DNA of 64,000 bases, from positions 160,001-224,000 of the IMG/VR virus record IMGVR_UViG_3300022555_000003. One strand, written 5' to 3'. This stretch comes from a virus. Taxonomy: Duplodnaviria > Caudoviricetes. Every line of letters begins with the position of its first letter. Position 1 is the stretch's first letter. The position numbers and the translations under genes were made by a program. This document shows, in pieces, positions 1 to 9,299 of this stretch. A model generated the notes under the pieces. That model saw nothing but the letters and a program-made list of their open reading frames with translations, did not search any database and had not been told where the DNA came from.

Positions 1-188
1 TGTTCATTTTCAAAAGTTAATTCAGCATGACCTAATGCATCCCATTTAAATTTAAAATCACACACTATACTATTCTCATTTAGCCACGCTTTAACTTCTT
101 TGGTTAATACAGCTTTTAATATGAATTTACCAATATTAGGTTCGATGTCTATAATACCATCATAATATTCAATTTCTAAATTAGACAT
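1..188 (-). CDS. small paralog-array protein, copy 5 (3' end runs off window)
   Basis: Not in ORF track. Read manually as MSNLEIEYYDG...EVKAWLNEN...GHAELTFENE; its ATG overlaps the upstream TAA (TAATG). Confidence 0.8.
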   Translation of the reverse strand, partial: MSNLEIEYYDGIIDIEPNIGKFILKAVLTKEVKAWLNENSIVCDFKFKWDALGHAELTFENE

Positions 189-433
189 TACATCCATCTT
201 AAAATAAACAATATTTTATCTTGTTCATTTTCAAAAGTTAATTCAGCGTTTCCAACGCTTGTCTCTTGATTAGCATGTGCCCAATTAAATTGAAAATGAC
301 ATTTTATTTTATGTTGAGATAACCAATCTTTAACTTCTTTTGTTAAACCAGCTTCTAATATATCAGTATTGAAGTTAAGATTGATGGTTATAATATCTTC
401 TGAATAGTCAATTTCTAAAACATTATCTAGCAT
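188..433 (-). CDS. small paralog-array protein, copy 4
   Basis: Ends AELTFENEQDKILFILRWM. Likely start is the TAATG-coupled ATG at 433 (track start 442). Confidence 0.85.
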   Translation of the reverse strand: MLDNVLEIDYSEDIITINLNFNTDILEAGLTKEVKDWLSQHKIKCHFQFNWAHANQETSVGNAELTFENEQDKILFILRWM

Positions 434-681
434 TATATCCACCTCAACACAAATGTTGATATATCTTGTTCATTTTCAAACGTTAGTTCTGAATGAAAAG
501 GACCAAATTCAAATTGATTGCTTTTTGGATGCCAGATGGTTATAAATTTGTAATTAATATTTTCATCAACTAGCCAATCCTTAACTGAAGAAGTTAAGGA
601 AATATCTAACTTATCTCTATCACCAGCTGGAATACATAATGCTAATAAATCACTGCTATAGTTGAGTACTAATATATTCAT
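433..681 (-). CDS. small paralog-array protein, copy 3
   Basis: Contains VKDWL...SELTFENEQDISTFVLRWI; TAATG-coupled start at 681. Confidence 0.85.
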   Translation of the reverse strand: MNILVLNYSSDLLALCIPAGDRDKLDISLTSSVKDWLVDENINYKFITIWHPKSNQFEFGPFHSELTFENEQDISTFVLRWI

Positions 682-947
682 TACATCCATCGCAATATAA
701 ACGCAGACATATCTTGATTATTTTCAAAAGTTAATTCAGCATGGCCAGGACCAGGACCAAGTCTGTATGGAAAATTTTCTCTGTGCCAAGTAAATTGATA
801 TTCATACATAATATTATTTTCAACTAACCATTCTTCGACTTCATCAGATAAAATAACATCTGTGTTTTCATTTACGAAATTGTAGGGAACAGCTATGAGA
901 TCTAACAAGTTACTATCATAATTAATTTCTAATGTGTTATTTTCCAT
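681..947 (-). CDS. small paralog-array protein, copy 2
   Basis: MENNTLE...VEEWL...GHAELTFENNQDMSAFILRWM; TAATG-coupled start at 947. Confidence 0.85.
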   Translation of the reverse strand: MENNTLEINYDSNLLDLIAVPYNFVNENTDVILSDEVEEWLVENNIMYEYQFTWHRENFPYRLGPGPGHAELTFENNQDMSAFILRWM

Positions 948-1186
948 TACATCCATCGCAATATAAACGCAGACATATCTTGGTTGTTTTCGAAAACCAA
1001 CTCGCCGTGTCCTGGCCAAAGTTCGTATGGAGAACTATTTGGATTATATATCATTTTAAAATTACAGTCAGTTAACCAATTTCTTATAGCACAATTTAAT
1101 TTGATTACATATGCATTTTCATTTTTTAAATCTATATGTATATCAAATAAATCAATATTAAAAAAAATTTCTAAAGTGTTATTATG
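947..1186 (-). CDS. small paralog-array protein, copy 1 (start codon unclear or lost)
   Basis: NNTLE...IRNWL...GHGELVFENNQDMSAFILRWM. No in-frame ATG at the expected junction with the IMPDH-family stop. Confidence 0.65.
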   Translation of the reverse strand, partial: HNNTLEIFFNIDLFDIHIDLKNENAYVIKLNCAIRNWLTDCNFKMIYNPNSSPYELWPGHGELVFENNQDMSAFILRWM

Positions 1187-2207
1187 TACCGTGCGGAGAA
1201 CTTTCTTTAAAACCACTGTTTGATACCTGAACAAAATCTGCGTTTCGTCTGAGTTCACTTAAATTCTTAGCCCCACAATATGATAATCCCGATCTAACTC
1301 CTTCAACTAGTTGTCCAACAATTGTTTTAACATGTCCTTTATATGGAACTAGTGTTTCTTCACCTTCAACATATCTTGCTCTGCCAACTACTTCAAATTT
1401 TTGTCCGTATGATGCTGACCCACGATATACTTTGTATAAAGATCCTTTGTGCTTGATTACATTACCGGGGGCTTCTTTTGTTCCAGCTAACAAACTACCA
1501 AGCATAACAGCATCGGCGCCTGCTGCTAAAGCTTTAACAATGTCACCAGAATTTTTAATTCCACCATCAGCTATGATATTTATATCGTCACATCTACCTT
1601 TAATATCTACAATACTTTGGAAAGTCGGAAGACCACAACCAGTAACTACTCTTGTAGTACAAGCCGATCCGCCACCAATTCCGACTTTAAATGCTATATG
1701 AGAAGTATTACAATTTATCTTCTCATACAATCTCCATACTGCATCAGCAGTTGCATAATTTCCAATTATTAATGGAATATCTCCAAACTGATCTCTAATT
1801 TGTAATACAGCGTCAATAACTGTTGGTGAATCAGCATGAGCAACGTCAATACAAACTCCTGAAATATTGTTACCGACAACACTATTAAAAAGATATTTCA
1901 ATCTTGTAATGCCAAGAGAAGATCCTTCTATTGAGATCCAAACATCATATAGGCTTTTATTTAGAATAGACTCTTGTTCTTCAGGATTCATCATACGATG
2001 TAATATTCCAAATCCTCCTAATTCATACATTGCATTTAACATATCAGATTCTGTTACTGCTGACATATTAGCAGAAATAATTGGAATCTTATATGTCAAG
2101 CCACAAATTTGTGTACTTAAATCTGCTTCGTCTCTACTTCCACCAAATGTTTGTTTTGGAGTAAGTAACACATCGTCAAAACACAATGCCTGCTTAATAA
2201 TTTTCAT
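1182..2207 (-). CDS. IMP dehydrogenase / GMP reductase family (no CBS domains)
   Basis: FDDVLL, ISANM, GIGGGSACTTR (catalytic Cys), IIADGGI, GADAVMLGSLLAG, YRGSAS, VEG motifs. Confidence 0.9.
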   Translation of the reverse strand: MKIIKQALCFDDVLLTPKQTFGGSRDEADLSTQICGLTYKIPIISANMSAVTESDMLNAMYELGGFGILHRMMNPEEQESILNKSLYDVWISIEGSSLGITRLKYLFNSVVGNNISGVCIDVAHADSPTVIDAVLQIRDQFGDIPLIIGNYATADAVWRLYEKINCNTSHIAFKVGIGGGSACTTRVVTGCGLPTFQSIVDIKGRCDDINIIADGGIKNSGDIVKALAAGADAVMLGSLLAGTKEAPGNVIKHKGSLYKVYRGSASYGQKFEVVGRARYVEGEETLVPYKGHVKTIVGQLVEGVRSGLSYCGAKNLSELRRNADFVQVSNSGFKESSPHGT

Positions 2208-2932
2208 ACTTTTTCTATTATTATATCTCCTGTTGTAGTTTCAAGTAAAGCTACATGCTTCAGATTTGTATCGAGATTTAAATTCTTCCCATTATACATA
2301 GGCTCATCGATAATTGTGTGACCAACCACTTGATTAATTCCTTTTACATCTTTGAATTCTTCACGCCAATCTTGCCAAGTAATTCCACCATGCTTGTTAA
2401 ATCCCCATCTTGCCTGGCCTGCCATTAACAATGGATCTTTTACGTTGTTTGTAAATTTGAATGAAATATCTCTATTCAACGTTTCAAAATATGTTGGACT
2501 TAATTTTGCATATGGCTGTATAAAAGATGGATGAATTCCAGCATGAGAAAATACTATTAACTTATCATCAAATTTTTCAGCATGAACAAATTTAAGATTT
2601 TCATCTAACCAAGTAGATCCAAGAATTTTTGTTACTATGTGATGTTTATTTCTATCATACCCACTGCAACCATATCTATTGAATAAATCAAAATATTGTA
2701 CATCATGATTGCCAGTTAACATAATATTTTTAGGATCAGTTGCTAGTTCCTTTAGATAATAACAAAACTTTTCGTGATGTTCATACATTTGATTATATTC
2801 AAAACTATCAAGATAATCACCTAAAAAAATTCGCTTATCTACATGAGGATACTTATCAATAATATCTTGAACTTCATATAGTTTTTCGTGTATATCTGGT
2901 ATAATTAAATATTCCATATTGATAACTCCCAT
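2204..2932 (-). CDS. calcineurin-like metallophosphoesterase
   Basis: DIH, GDYLD, GNHD, SHAG, GHT motifs. Confidence 0.85.
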   Translation of the reverse strand: MGVINMEYLIIPDIHEKLYEVQDIIDKYPHVDKRIFLGDYLDSFEYNQMYEHHEKFCYYLKELATDPKNIMLTGNHDVQYFDLFNRYGCSGYDRNKHHIVTKILGSTWLDENLKFVHAEKFDDKLIVFSHAGIHPSFIQPYAKLSPTYFETLNRDISFKFTNNVKDPLLMAGQARWGFNKHGGITWQDWREEFKDVKGINQVVGHTIIDEPMYNGKNLNLDTNLKHVALLETTTGDIIIEKV

Positions 2933-3363
2933 GCATCTAAAAATTTATTTAGCTTCCCACCACACATTGCCATACAAACAGATTCTTCTTGACCTAATAC
3001 CCAAAATTCATCAATGAAATCATATACAACATTACAATACCAAGGACTTTTTAATTTGTCTAAAGATAATATCACTCGGCCTGTATATAACGTGTTAACT
3101 TGAAATGGTTTCACCCTAAGTTCATCTGGGGTATTTTTAAAAAACTGTTCATACCCCAAACTAGTTAATCTAAACGATTTAGTTGATGAGTGCTTCCACC
3201 ATAATTTATTAGCTTCTTTAAGTGTTTTTGGTGAATAAGCAACTACAACAGTTGTATTTTTTATATCAAAATACTGTTTAGTAATTTCATCGCGGTTCAT
3301 ATTTAGACACTTGTTCGATAGTTGGACAATTTTTCTTTTCCATATATGGACCAACATATCCAT
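2905..3363 (-). CDS. hypothetical protein (true start probably MNRDEI near 3300)
   Basis: ORF tiles the operon; no motif recognised. Confidence 0.6.
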   Translation of the reverse strand: MDMLVHIWKRKIVQLSNKCLNMNRDEITKQYFDIKNTTVVVAYSPKTLKEANKLWWKHSSTKSFRLTSLGYEQFFKNTPDELRVKPFQVNTLYTGRVILSLDKLKSPWYCNVVYDFIDEFWVLGQEESVCMAMCGGKLNKFLDAWELSIWNI

Positions 3364-3754
3364 ACTTATCTAGTGTTATCCGTTTTGGGCAGAACATATA
3401 AATCCAACCCTTCTTGCCATAATTTACAACATAGAATCCAGCTGCCCGCTTTGATTTAGAATTGGTTTCTGTTGTGTATAGTGGTAATCGCCTACAAACA
3501 TCAAACTCTCTATTGTATGGAAAAGTTTTTGTTGGATAACCAAATACATCATTCTTATTATCAATATTAATTTTAAATCTCTGCCAGTCTATTTCGTATG
3601 TTTTTTCAACAGACGATAAATCCTTAAATTTTTCAAGTAATTTACCTCTGTTAAACTCAACTCCATGTTGCTTAACATTTATATTTCCAATCTTCTTTTC
3701 ATTTTGTAAAATAATCCAAAAATCGTCTGAAATATTTTTAGCTGTTAATTTCAT
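3287..3754 (-). CDS. hypothetical protein
   Basis: 155-aa ORF overlapping both neighbours on the same strand. Confidence 0.7.
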   Translation of the reverse strand: MKLTAKNISDDFWIILQNEKKIGNINVKQHGVEFNRGKLLEKFKDLSSVEKTYEIDWQRFKINIDNKNDVFGYPTKTFPYNREFDVCRRLPLYTTETNSKSKRAAGFYVVNYGKKGWIYMFCPKRITLDKYGYVGPYMEKKNCPTIEQVSKYEPR

Positions 3755-3986
3755 CTATAACCCTTTTATCATTAAAGACAACAACTTCTTCAATCTGTTC
3801 TAATATAGCTTTATCTACGATTCCAACTTTCACATTATTTAGCACAATAATAACTGCTAGATACTTAGCATACAACTCAAGATAATTATTGTATTCTATT
3901 TCATTCCTAATAGATTTTCCAGCAAAAAATGATAGCGTCATTAATATTATCAATGGGACCGCAATAACAAAATATGTATATGTCAA
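3738..3986 (-). CDS. small membrane protein
   Basis: GGAG SD then TTG at 3986; hydrophobic N-terminal segment. Confidence 0.6.
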   Translation of the reverse strand: MTYTYFVIAVPLIILMTLSFFAGKSIRNEIEYNNYLELYAKYLAVIIVLNNVKVGIVDKAILEQIEEVVVFNDKRVIDEINS

Positions 3987-3996
3987 ATAAATCTCC

Positions 3997-4983
3997 TTAC
4001 TTGCATTGACCTGAAAGGATCCGACCAAATTCAGATGCCTGGTCACTTAACTTAACTAAATTGTGTTTGCCACAGAATTTTAAAAAATGTGTACCAATCA
4101 TTGCACGATCCAGAACTGAAATTTTTTCAATCGTTTCGTTTATTAATTGTCTAATTTCGGGAGGTTGAGCAGTTAGATCAATTAATGTCTTATTACGATT
4201 ATAATCATCTAAAACTTTGTGCTCAATATTATTGTGATCAACCCAACGTTGCATCATCAAATTAGTCCAAGCAAAACCTTGCTTGACATCATTAAATGCT
4301 TCCCGTAATCCAATTTTATTTTTAGAACTCTTTTCCCTTACTCCTGGATAAGCACTGAAAACGTGATCTGTTGAATCACCTCTAACAATTTTTTCAAACA
4401 ATGCAAACTTTGGATCGGGAATTTCTTTTGGCTGTTTCGTTTTCTTATCTAAAATCCTATTACCACGATAATCAAAGATGCCATCAACTGTAATTAATTC
4501 GCCAGTAATACCATTATACTGTTTTACATTTGATGCTAATAACTGAATAAAATCAGTATCGCTACTAATGATTACGTGATCATCATCTGGGTGAGTTTGA
4601 ACCCAGCCAGCAATTAAATCGTCTCCTTCCAATTGTTTATGCTGCAAAATAGTGCAGTTTGTTTTTTCATTCAAAAAATTTGTAAGTTGATCAAATCCTT
4701 CGAAAAATTGTTTAGATGTATCAACTTCTTCTTGCGTCTGAGCAGCCCTAGCTTCGATACGATGACGTTTATATGGAGGATAAAACTCTCTTCTCCAACT
4801 ACGACCTTCAAGACAAAATACAACATGATCGGCATTCTGTTCCCGCCAACATTTTGCAATGCTCGCTAAACTTGTATGAATAGAAAGACCTACTTGTTCT
4901 TCAATCGAGCTATTTTTATTACTGGCATGCATCATTCTAAAATACAGATTTGCCAAGTCCATTACAAGGTATGTCTTCTTCAT
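3997..4983 (-). CDS. rnh: T4-type RNase H / 5'-3' flap exonuclease
   Basis: N-terminal D (VMDLAN), YKRHR, LEGDDLIA, SSDTDFIQL, GDSTDHV (FEN/PIN acidic motifs). Confidence 0.88.
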   Translation of the reverse strand: MKKTYLVMDLANLYFRMMHASNKNSSIEEQVGLSIHTSLASIAKCWREQNADHVVFCLEGRSWRREFYPPYKRHRIEARAAQTQEEVDTSKQFFEGFDQLTNFLNEKTNCTILQHKQLEGDDLIAGWVQTHPDDDHVIISSDTDFIQLLASNVKQYNGITGELITVDGIFDYRGNRILDKKTKQPKEIPDPKFALFEKIVRGDSTDHVFSAYPGVREKSSKNKIGLREAFNDVKQGFAWTNLMMQRWVDHNNIEHKVLDDYNRNKTLIDLTAQPPEIRQLINETIEKISVLDRAMIGTHFLKFCGKHNLVKLSDQASEFGRILSGQCK

Positions 4984-5003
4984 ATATATAATAAGTATAA
5001 CAT

Positions 5004-5633
5004 CTATTCTACAGAAAACCTACCATCACCCAAATGTGTTTTGTTTCCAGGAAGTCTCAATCGTTTTTCTGGATCAGCAATATCTTGCTCATAATTTTCT
5101 GCAATAATATTACGACAAATATTTTGAAACCACTGATCCACAATTTTTTCTTCGGAATCACCTTTGTATCCAGCTGCTTTTAATTGTGCTAGAAAAATAT
5201 CGTTCCAGTCTAGTTCAAATGATCCAATATCAGTATTATCTGTGTTTAGTGAAAAACCTAAAACATTGACCCAAGGCTTGCCTTCCTTAGTTGCTAGTTC
5301 TTTTTCTGATAATGGTACAATATAATTTACTACAATAAATTTTTCAATTTTGTTACTTTTTGAATCAATTGCTGAAAAAACAATGGTATTTGTACCTTCA
5401 ACTAATGGAACTTCTATATTCCAACTAATCTTACTAATTTCTTCTAATTTATTAACTTGTACTAAACCACTGAATTTTTCAGTATTATAAGTCATTGCTA
5501 CAATATCATACTTACTATTTATGACACCACTACAACGAACTGGTTGTTCTGATGTTTGCTGCAATACCGGACCATCAAATACTATTTCAGATGGAGTTGA
5601 TGATAAACCTAATAGATTTCTAATAAAGCTCAT
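5004..5633 (-). CDS. hypothetical protein with putative Ig-like beta-sandwich N-terminal part
   Basis: GGAG SD before ATG 5633; WNIEVPLVEGTNTIVFSAID resembles bacterial Ig-like repeats. Confidence 0.6.
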   Translation of the reverse strand: MSFIRNLLGLSSTPSEIVFDGPVLQQTSEQPVRCSGVINSKYDIVAMTYNTEKFSGLVQVNKLEEISKISWNIEVPLVEGTNTIVFSAIDSKSNKIEKFIVVNYIVPLSEKELATKEGKPWVNVLGFSLNTDNTDIGSFELDWNDIFLAQLKAAGYKGDSEEKIVDQWFQNICRNIIAENYEQDIADPEKRLRLPGNKTHLGDGRFSVE

Positions 5634-5901
5634 TGTTTCTCCTTTGTAACTCGTCGACCTGTTTAGATAATTTTTCAATTTCTCTATTTTTTGTGTGAAT
5701 AATATCTAACCTAGTCAATGCTGTATCACGCCACAATAAACCAACAGCTGAATGAGTTAATGTATTTAGATAATTATTGTTAGATTCTAATAGACTTACT
5801 GTGCGCTTTAATTCATATAATTCTTTATTGCTAGTCTGTATAGTTTCAAATAATTCTTCTATCTTATCTTGTAACAAAACTAATCTTTCAATGTTGTTCA
5901 C
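5620..5901 (-). CDS. coiled-coil hypothetical protein
   Basis: GTG start just after the QueE stop; heptad-rich sequence. Confidence 0.55.
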   Translation of the reverse strand: MNNIERLVLLQDKIEELFETIQTSNKELYELKRTVSLLESNNNYLNTLTHSAVGLLWRDTALTRLDIIHTKNREIEKLSKQVDELQRRNNELY

Positions 5902-5902
5902 T

Positions 5903-6760
5903 TTAGGTTCCCCACTTGTTTCCAAATAATGATAATTGTAGCCTTGGACTAAAATGATAGCCACGTTTCATAGCTTCTGTAGCTACATTGAATTCGTTAC
6001 TTTCATAAACATTTGTTACGCCACCAACTGGCATTACATATACTGGTCCATTAAAGTCATGATGTCGATATTCTTTAACAGCTTCATCAACTTCATCAAA
6101 GTGAGCAGGACAATCAACTACAAACTTAAGATAAGTAAATCCATACTGTTCATAACTGCTAACAATACTTGGTTGGATCGCAGCTTCCTTTGTTTCGCCA
6201 CTTGCACTTAACTTTGGACTTACTGAAAAGGTAAAATTAAGATGTCTGGTAAATATGAAACGCGACAAATCATTTGAGATCCATTTTGTTCCGTTCGTTT
6301 CAAACGTAACATTTCTAAGCCCTTTACTTTGCAAAATATCTAATAGCTCTGGATAAGCATCTTGCCACCCTAGTAATGGTTCTCCACCAGTAATTACTAG
6401 ATGGATGTCATTTCCATTAGGTTGAATCCACTTTTTATTTGGACAAAGGTCAGTAAGTTGATCTGCTAATTTATCTACACTAATAGTTGGGCTCAAATGT
6501 TTAAACTCAGAATAGACTGCTGGGTACGAATCACATCCTGTTTTAACAAGTGGCAAATCTTCTAAAACTTTGAATTGATCAATATTCTTAATAACTTCAG
6601 CTACTTCAGCATTATATTTGCCAACTGTTGGTACTGTAAGTCCAAAATCTTTACATCTAAAATTACATCCAAATGTTCGAAGAAAAATTGATAAATAACC
6701 AACAAAACGTCCCTCTGATTGATAAGAGGTGAATGTCTCACTTACTTTAATTTTATGCAT
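5903..6760 (-). CDS. queE: 7-carboxy-7-deazaguanine synthase (radical SAM)
   Basis: SETFTSYQSEG, FLRTFGCNFRC...CDS, VITGGEPLL, FETNGT, SVSPKL, LKFVV, FSPRLQ. Confidence 0.9.
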   Translation of the reverse strand: MHKIKVSETFTSYQSEGRFVGYLSIFLRTFGCNFRCKDFGLTVPTVGKYNAEVAEVIKNIDQFKVLEDLPLVKTGCDSYPAVYSEFKHLSPTISVDKLADQLTDLCPNKKWIQPNGNDIHLVITGGEPLLGWQDAYPELLDILQSKGLRNVTFETNGTKWISNDLSRFIFTRHLNFTFSVSPKLSASGETKEAAIQPSIVSSYEQYGFTYLKFVVDCPAHFDEVDEAVKEYRHHDFNGPVYVMPVGGVTNVYESNEFNVATEAMKRGYHFSPRLQLSLFGNKWGT

Positions 6761-6766
6761 ACTTAT

Positions 6767-6795
6767 ATTATATAATATTTTTTGATTTATATCAA
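6767..6795 (-). promoter_or_regulatory. sigma70-like promoter, 6 nt upstream of queE ATG
   Basis: TTGATA-17 nt-TATAAT on minus strand. Confidence 0.75.
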
Positions 6796-7533
6796 GTGAA
6801 TAATATCCCACAATCCAGTATCATGCTCAACCAAAACTGTACAACTTTCAACAAAGTCTCCACTATTTAAATAATCTATTCCATTAATAGATTTAATTTC
6901 TGGTGAGTGAACATGACCAACTATAATTCCTGCATATCCCTTACTTTTGCAATATTCTGATAAGCAACTTTCAAACTTAACCAAGTGATTAGCTGCCCGC
7001 TTAATATTTTTTTTGACAAACTTGCTAAAGCTCCAATGTTTAAGTCCAATTTTGTGACGTGCAATATTCAACGCACTATTACATTCGATTAAGACATCAT
7101 ATCCAATTGAACCAAATTTTGATAACCAAGGAGCCACTCTTGTTATTCCATCAAACAAATCACCGTGTGTTACAATATAACTGTGACCGTCAACGCAAAT
7201 GTGTTCAACTTCATTACAAATTGTTATTCCACCAAAATTTACAGAATCTTTAATAATTGGTCTCAAAAATTCATCATGATTACCAGTTATATAAAAAACT
7301 TTTGTTCCTTGCTTACTTTTTTTAAGAATTTGTTTGATAACATCATTATATGATTCTTTCCAACGCCATTTACGTTTTAAAGCCCAACCATCTAATATAT
7401 CACCATTAAGATAAAGAAACTCACACGTACTATGTTTCAAAAAATCAGCAGCTTCATTTGGATGACAATGTTTTGAGCCCAAATGTAAGTCACTCATAAC
7501 TACAGTTTTATAATGTGTTTTTTCTTTGTGCAT
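6787..7533 (-). CDS. metallophosphoesterase, LpxH / UDP-2,3-diacylglucosamine hydrolase-like
   Basis: SDLHLG, LNGDILDGW, GNHDE, THGD, GHVH, NSGDFVESCT. Confidence 0.8.
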   Translation of the reverse strand: MHKEKTHYKTVVMSDLHLGSKHCHPNEAADFLKHSTCEFLYLNGDILDGWALKRKWRWKESYNDVIKQILKKSKQGTKVFYITGNHDEFLRPIIKDSVNFGGITICNEVEHICVDGHSYIVTHGDLFDGITRVAPWLSKFGSIGYDVLIECNSALNIARHKIGLKHWSFSKFVKKNIKRAANHLVKFESCLSEYCKSKGYAGIIVGHVHSPEIKSINGIDYLNSGDFVESCTVLVEHDTGLWDIIHLI

Positions 7534-7544
7534 TATGTTATTTA

Positions 7545-7769
7545 TCAGACTATTTTGAATAACAATCCAATTACGTAAATGACAACGAAAAAACTGTTCA
7601 ATAAAACCAGGCTACTTTGTCTCCATCTATAGCCAATCCAAGCCCAGCCAATGGAACCAAACAAGCCAATTATAATGTTCGCTGGAAAAACATTAAATGC
7701 ATTCAATACTACACTGACGGCAGTCATCAAACTTGCTGACCATTTAACAAAGTTTTCTAATTTATTCAT
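7545..7769 (-). CDS. small multi-pass membrane protein
   Basis: 74 aa with three hydrophobic segments. Confidence 0.7.
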   Translation of the reverse strand: MNKLENFVKWSASLMTAVSVVLNAFNVFPANIIIGLFGSIGWAWIGYRWRQSSLVLLNSFFVVIYVIGLLFKIV

Positions 7770-7890
7770 TTATATAGTACCATAACATTAAGATACACAA
7801 AAATACTACTAACAATGGAATATCAACCAAACAACAAATTGCTATTGTTAGCAATATGCTTATCAATATTTTATTTCTTAATTGTTTCAA
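7762..7890 (-). CDS. very small membrane protein (42 aa, TTG start)
   Basis: Manual translation MKQLRNKILISILLTIAICCLVDIPLLVVFLCILMLWYYINE fills the gap; not in track. Confidence 0.45.
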   Translation of the reverse strand: MKQLRNKILISILLTIAICCLVDIPLLVVFLCILMLWYYINE

Positions 7891-7893
7891 AAT

Positions 7894-8070
7894 TTACTCT
7901 TCATCAGTCTGATCAACTACTTTGTATACAACCGAAAATAATAACAATATAGTCAATACTATAGCCAATATTCCAGCTGTCATGGTTTCAAAGAATGTTG
8001 TGGACAATATCATAAAGAATAAAATCCAAATTATCCAACTTCGATATTTTACTATAACATGTTCTAGCAT
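7894..8070 (-). CDS. small membrane protein (58 aa)
   Basis: Manual translation MLEHVIVKYRSWIIWILFFMIL...VVDQTDEE; start overlaps the queD end. Confidence 0.55.
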   Translation of the reverse strand: MLEHVIVKYRSWIIWILFFMILSTTFFETMTAGILAIVLTILLLFSVVYKVVDQTDEE

Positions 8071-8615
8071 GAAAATTCACTTCGACTCTTAGTTGATTCC
8101 CACCAAGTAATATTTGATACCTTTACATTGAGGTCTTTCATCTTTTCTTGAACAATATCAGCTAGCCACTTGCTCAAATTTTCACTCGTTGGAACAAAGT
8201 CTACAATAAAGAAACTATCAAGTAATTCCTTTTCTTCTGTAGTATTTACAGTAGCCATATCTAAATATAACGTATCTGGTACACGACCAGCAGTCATTAA
8301 TCTACCTGGCACAATAACTGGCATAGTTGAAACTGATCCAACTAATCTATTATACAAAGGATCGTGACTATCGATAATAAACTTATGGTCAATATATGTG
8401 TTTAAGAATTCCTTTAACCAATTTAAATTATTAAAATCAACAACCATACCATTTGTTAAAGTATCTGATGTCATAGTGACTGTTACCTTAACTTCATGAC
8501 CGTGAATATGTCTACATTTACATACTGTAGTCTTAGCATATTCGGAAGATAGTGATTGACTCCAGACTCTATGCCCCATACAAAAATCAAAATCTTTAGA
8601 AATTGTATATCCCAT
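8064..8615 (-). CDS. queD: 6-carboxytetrahydropterin synthase
   Basis: FDFCMGHR, CRHIHGH, GMVVDF, IDHKF, PTSENL, WWESTKS (T-fold PTPS motifs). Confidence 0.88.
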   Translation of the reverse strand: MGYTISKDFDFCMGHRVWSQSLSSEYAKTTVCKCRHIHGHEVKVTVTMTSDTLTNGMVVDFNNLNWLKEFLNTYIDHKFIIDSHDPLYNRLVGSVSTMPVIVPGRLMTAGRVPDTLYLDMATVNTTEEKELLDSFFIVDFVPTSENLSKWLADIVQEKMKDLNVKVSNITWWESTKSRSEFSC

Positions 8616-8618
8616 TAT

Positions 8619-8837
8619 TTATCGAATCACCATAGCAAGTTTTGCTTCGCTTAATACCTTTTTTGGATTAACACCTAATACATATTTTATGCTAAATCCT
8701 GCACCACCAATATAGCTTGCTTTAATATCAGATACTTCGTTCCCTTCAGAATCTACATCAGCTATAGAAGCAAAAGGCAATAATGCTTGCTCCAATTCTT
8801 GAATTCGCTTTCTTAAAGTAAATACTTCGTTAGTCAT
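8619..8837 (-). CDS. hypothetical protein
   Basis: 72-aa ORF directly behind a consensus promoter. Confidence 0.65.
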   Translation of the reverse strand: MTNEVFTLRKRIQELEQALLPFASIADVDSEGNEVSDIKASYIGGAGFSIKYVLGVNPKKVLSEAKLAMVIR

Positions 8838-8842
8838 AATTA

Positions 8843-8871
8843 ATTATAGCACGTCCTACTAAAAAACTCAA
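8843..8871 (-). promoter_or_regulatory. sigma70-like promoter, 5 nt upstream of ATG
   Basis: TTGAGT-17 nt-TATAAT-TAATT-ATG. Confidence 0.75.
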
Positions 8872-8909
8872 ACTTGATTCAAATGTCATCTAACATTTTC
8901 TCTATATAA

Positions 8910-9299
8910 CTACTTTTTTGCCCAACCTATACCTTTTCCACTTGCAGCAGCACGTCTTAAAATTGAAGTTGGATAACATTGATAGTAGTTCGAAATCACA
9001 TCAGCCATCCGTTTTGCACCTACTGGATTGTGGCTATGAACAATTGGAACTTCTTCGGGCCAAATATCATTTTCTTCCATCCATAAAACTATGTCGTAGC
9101 CTGTTTTTTCAGTAAATGGATCATACATATTTCTATATTGTAAAAATGATAAATCATGATCAATAGAACATTGTCTAACTTTATTAGTCTTTAAAATTTC
9201 TATTGCTTCATCATAATTCTTTGCCCATACCCAACCAATGTATGGGCACTCTCTTACATCATCAATCCACAAGTCAACATAATTTTTTTCGTTATCCAT
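8910..9299 (-). CDS. stand-alone receiver-like domain (cyclic-phosphate-processing receiver type)
   Basis: LWIDDVR, SIDHDL, KTGYD, VHSHNPVGAKRM pattern. Confidence 0.7.
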   Translation of the reverse strand: MDNEKNYVDLWIDDVRECPYIGWVWAKNYDEAIEILKTNKVRQCSIDHDLSFLQYRNMYDPFTEKTGYDIVLWMEENDIWPEEVPIVHSHNPVGAKRMADVISNYYQCYPTSILRRAAASGKGIGWAKK

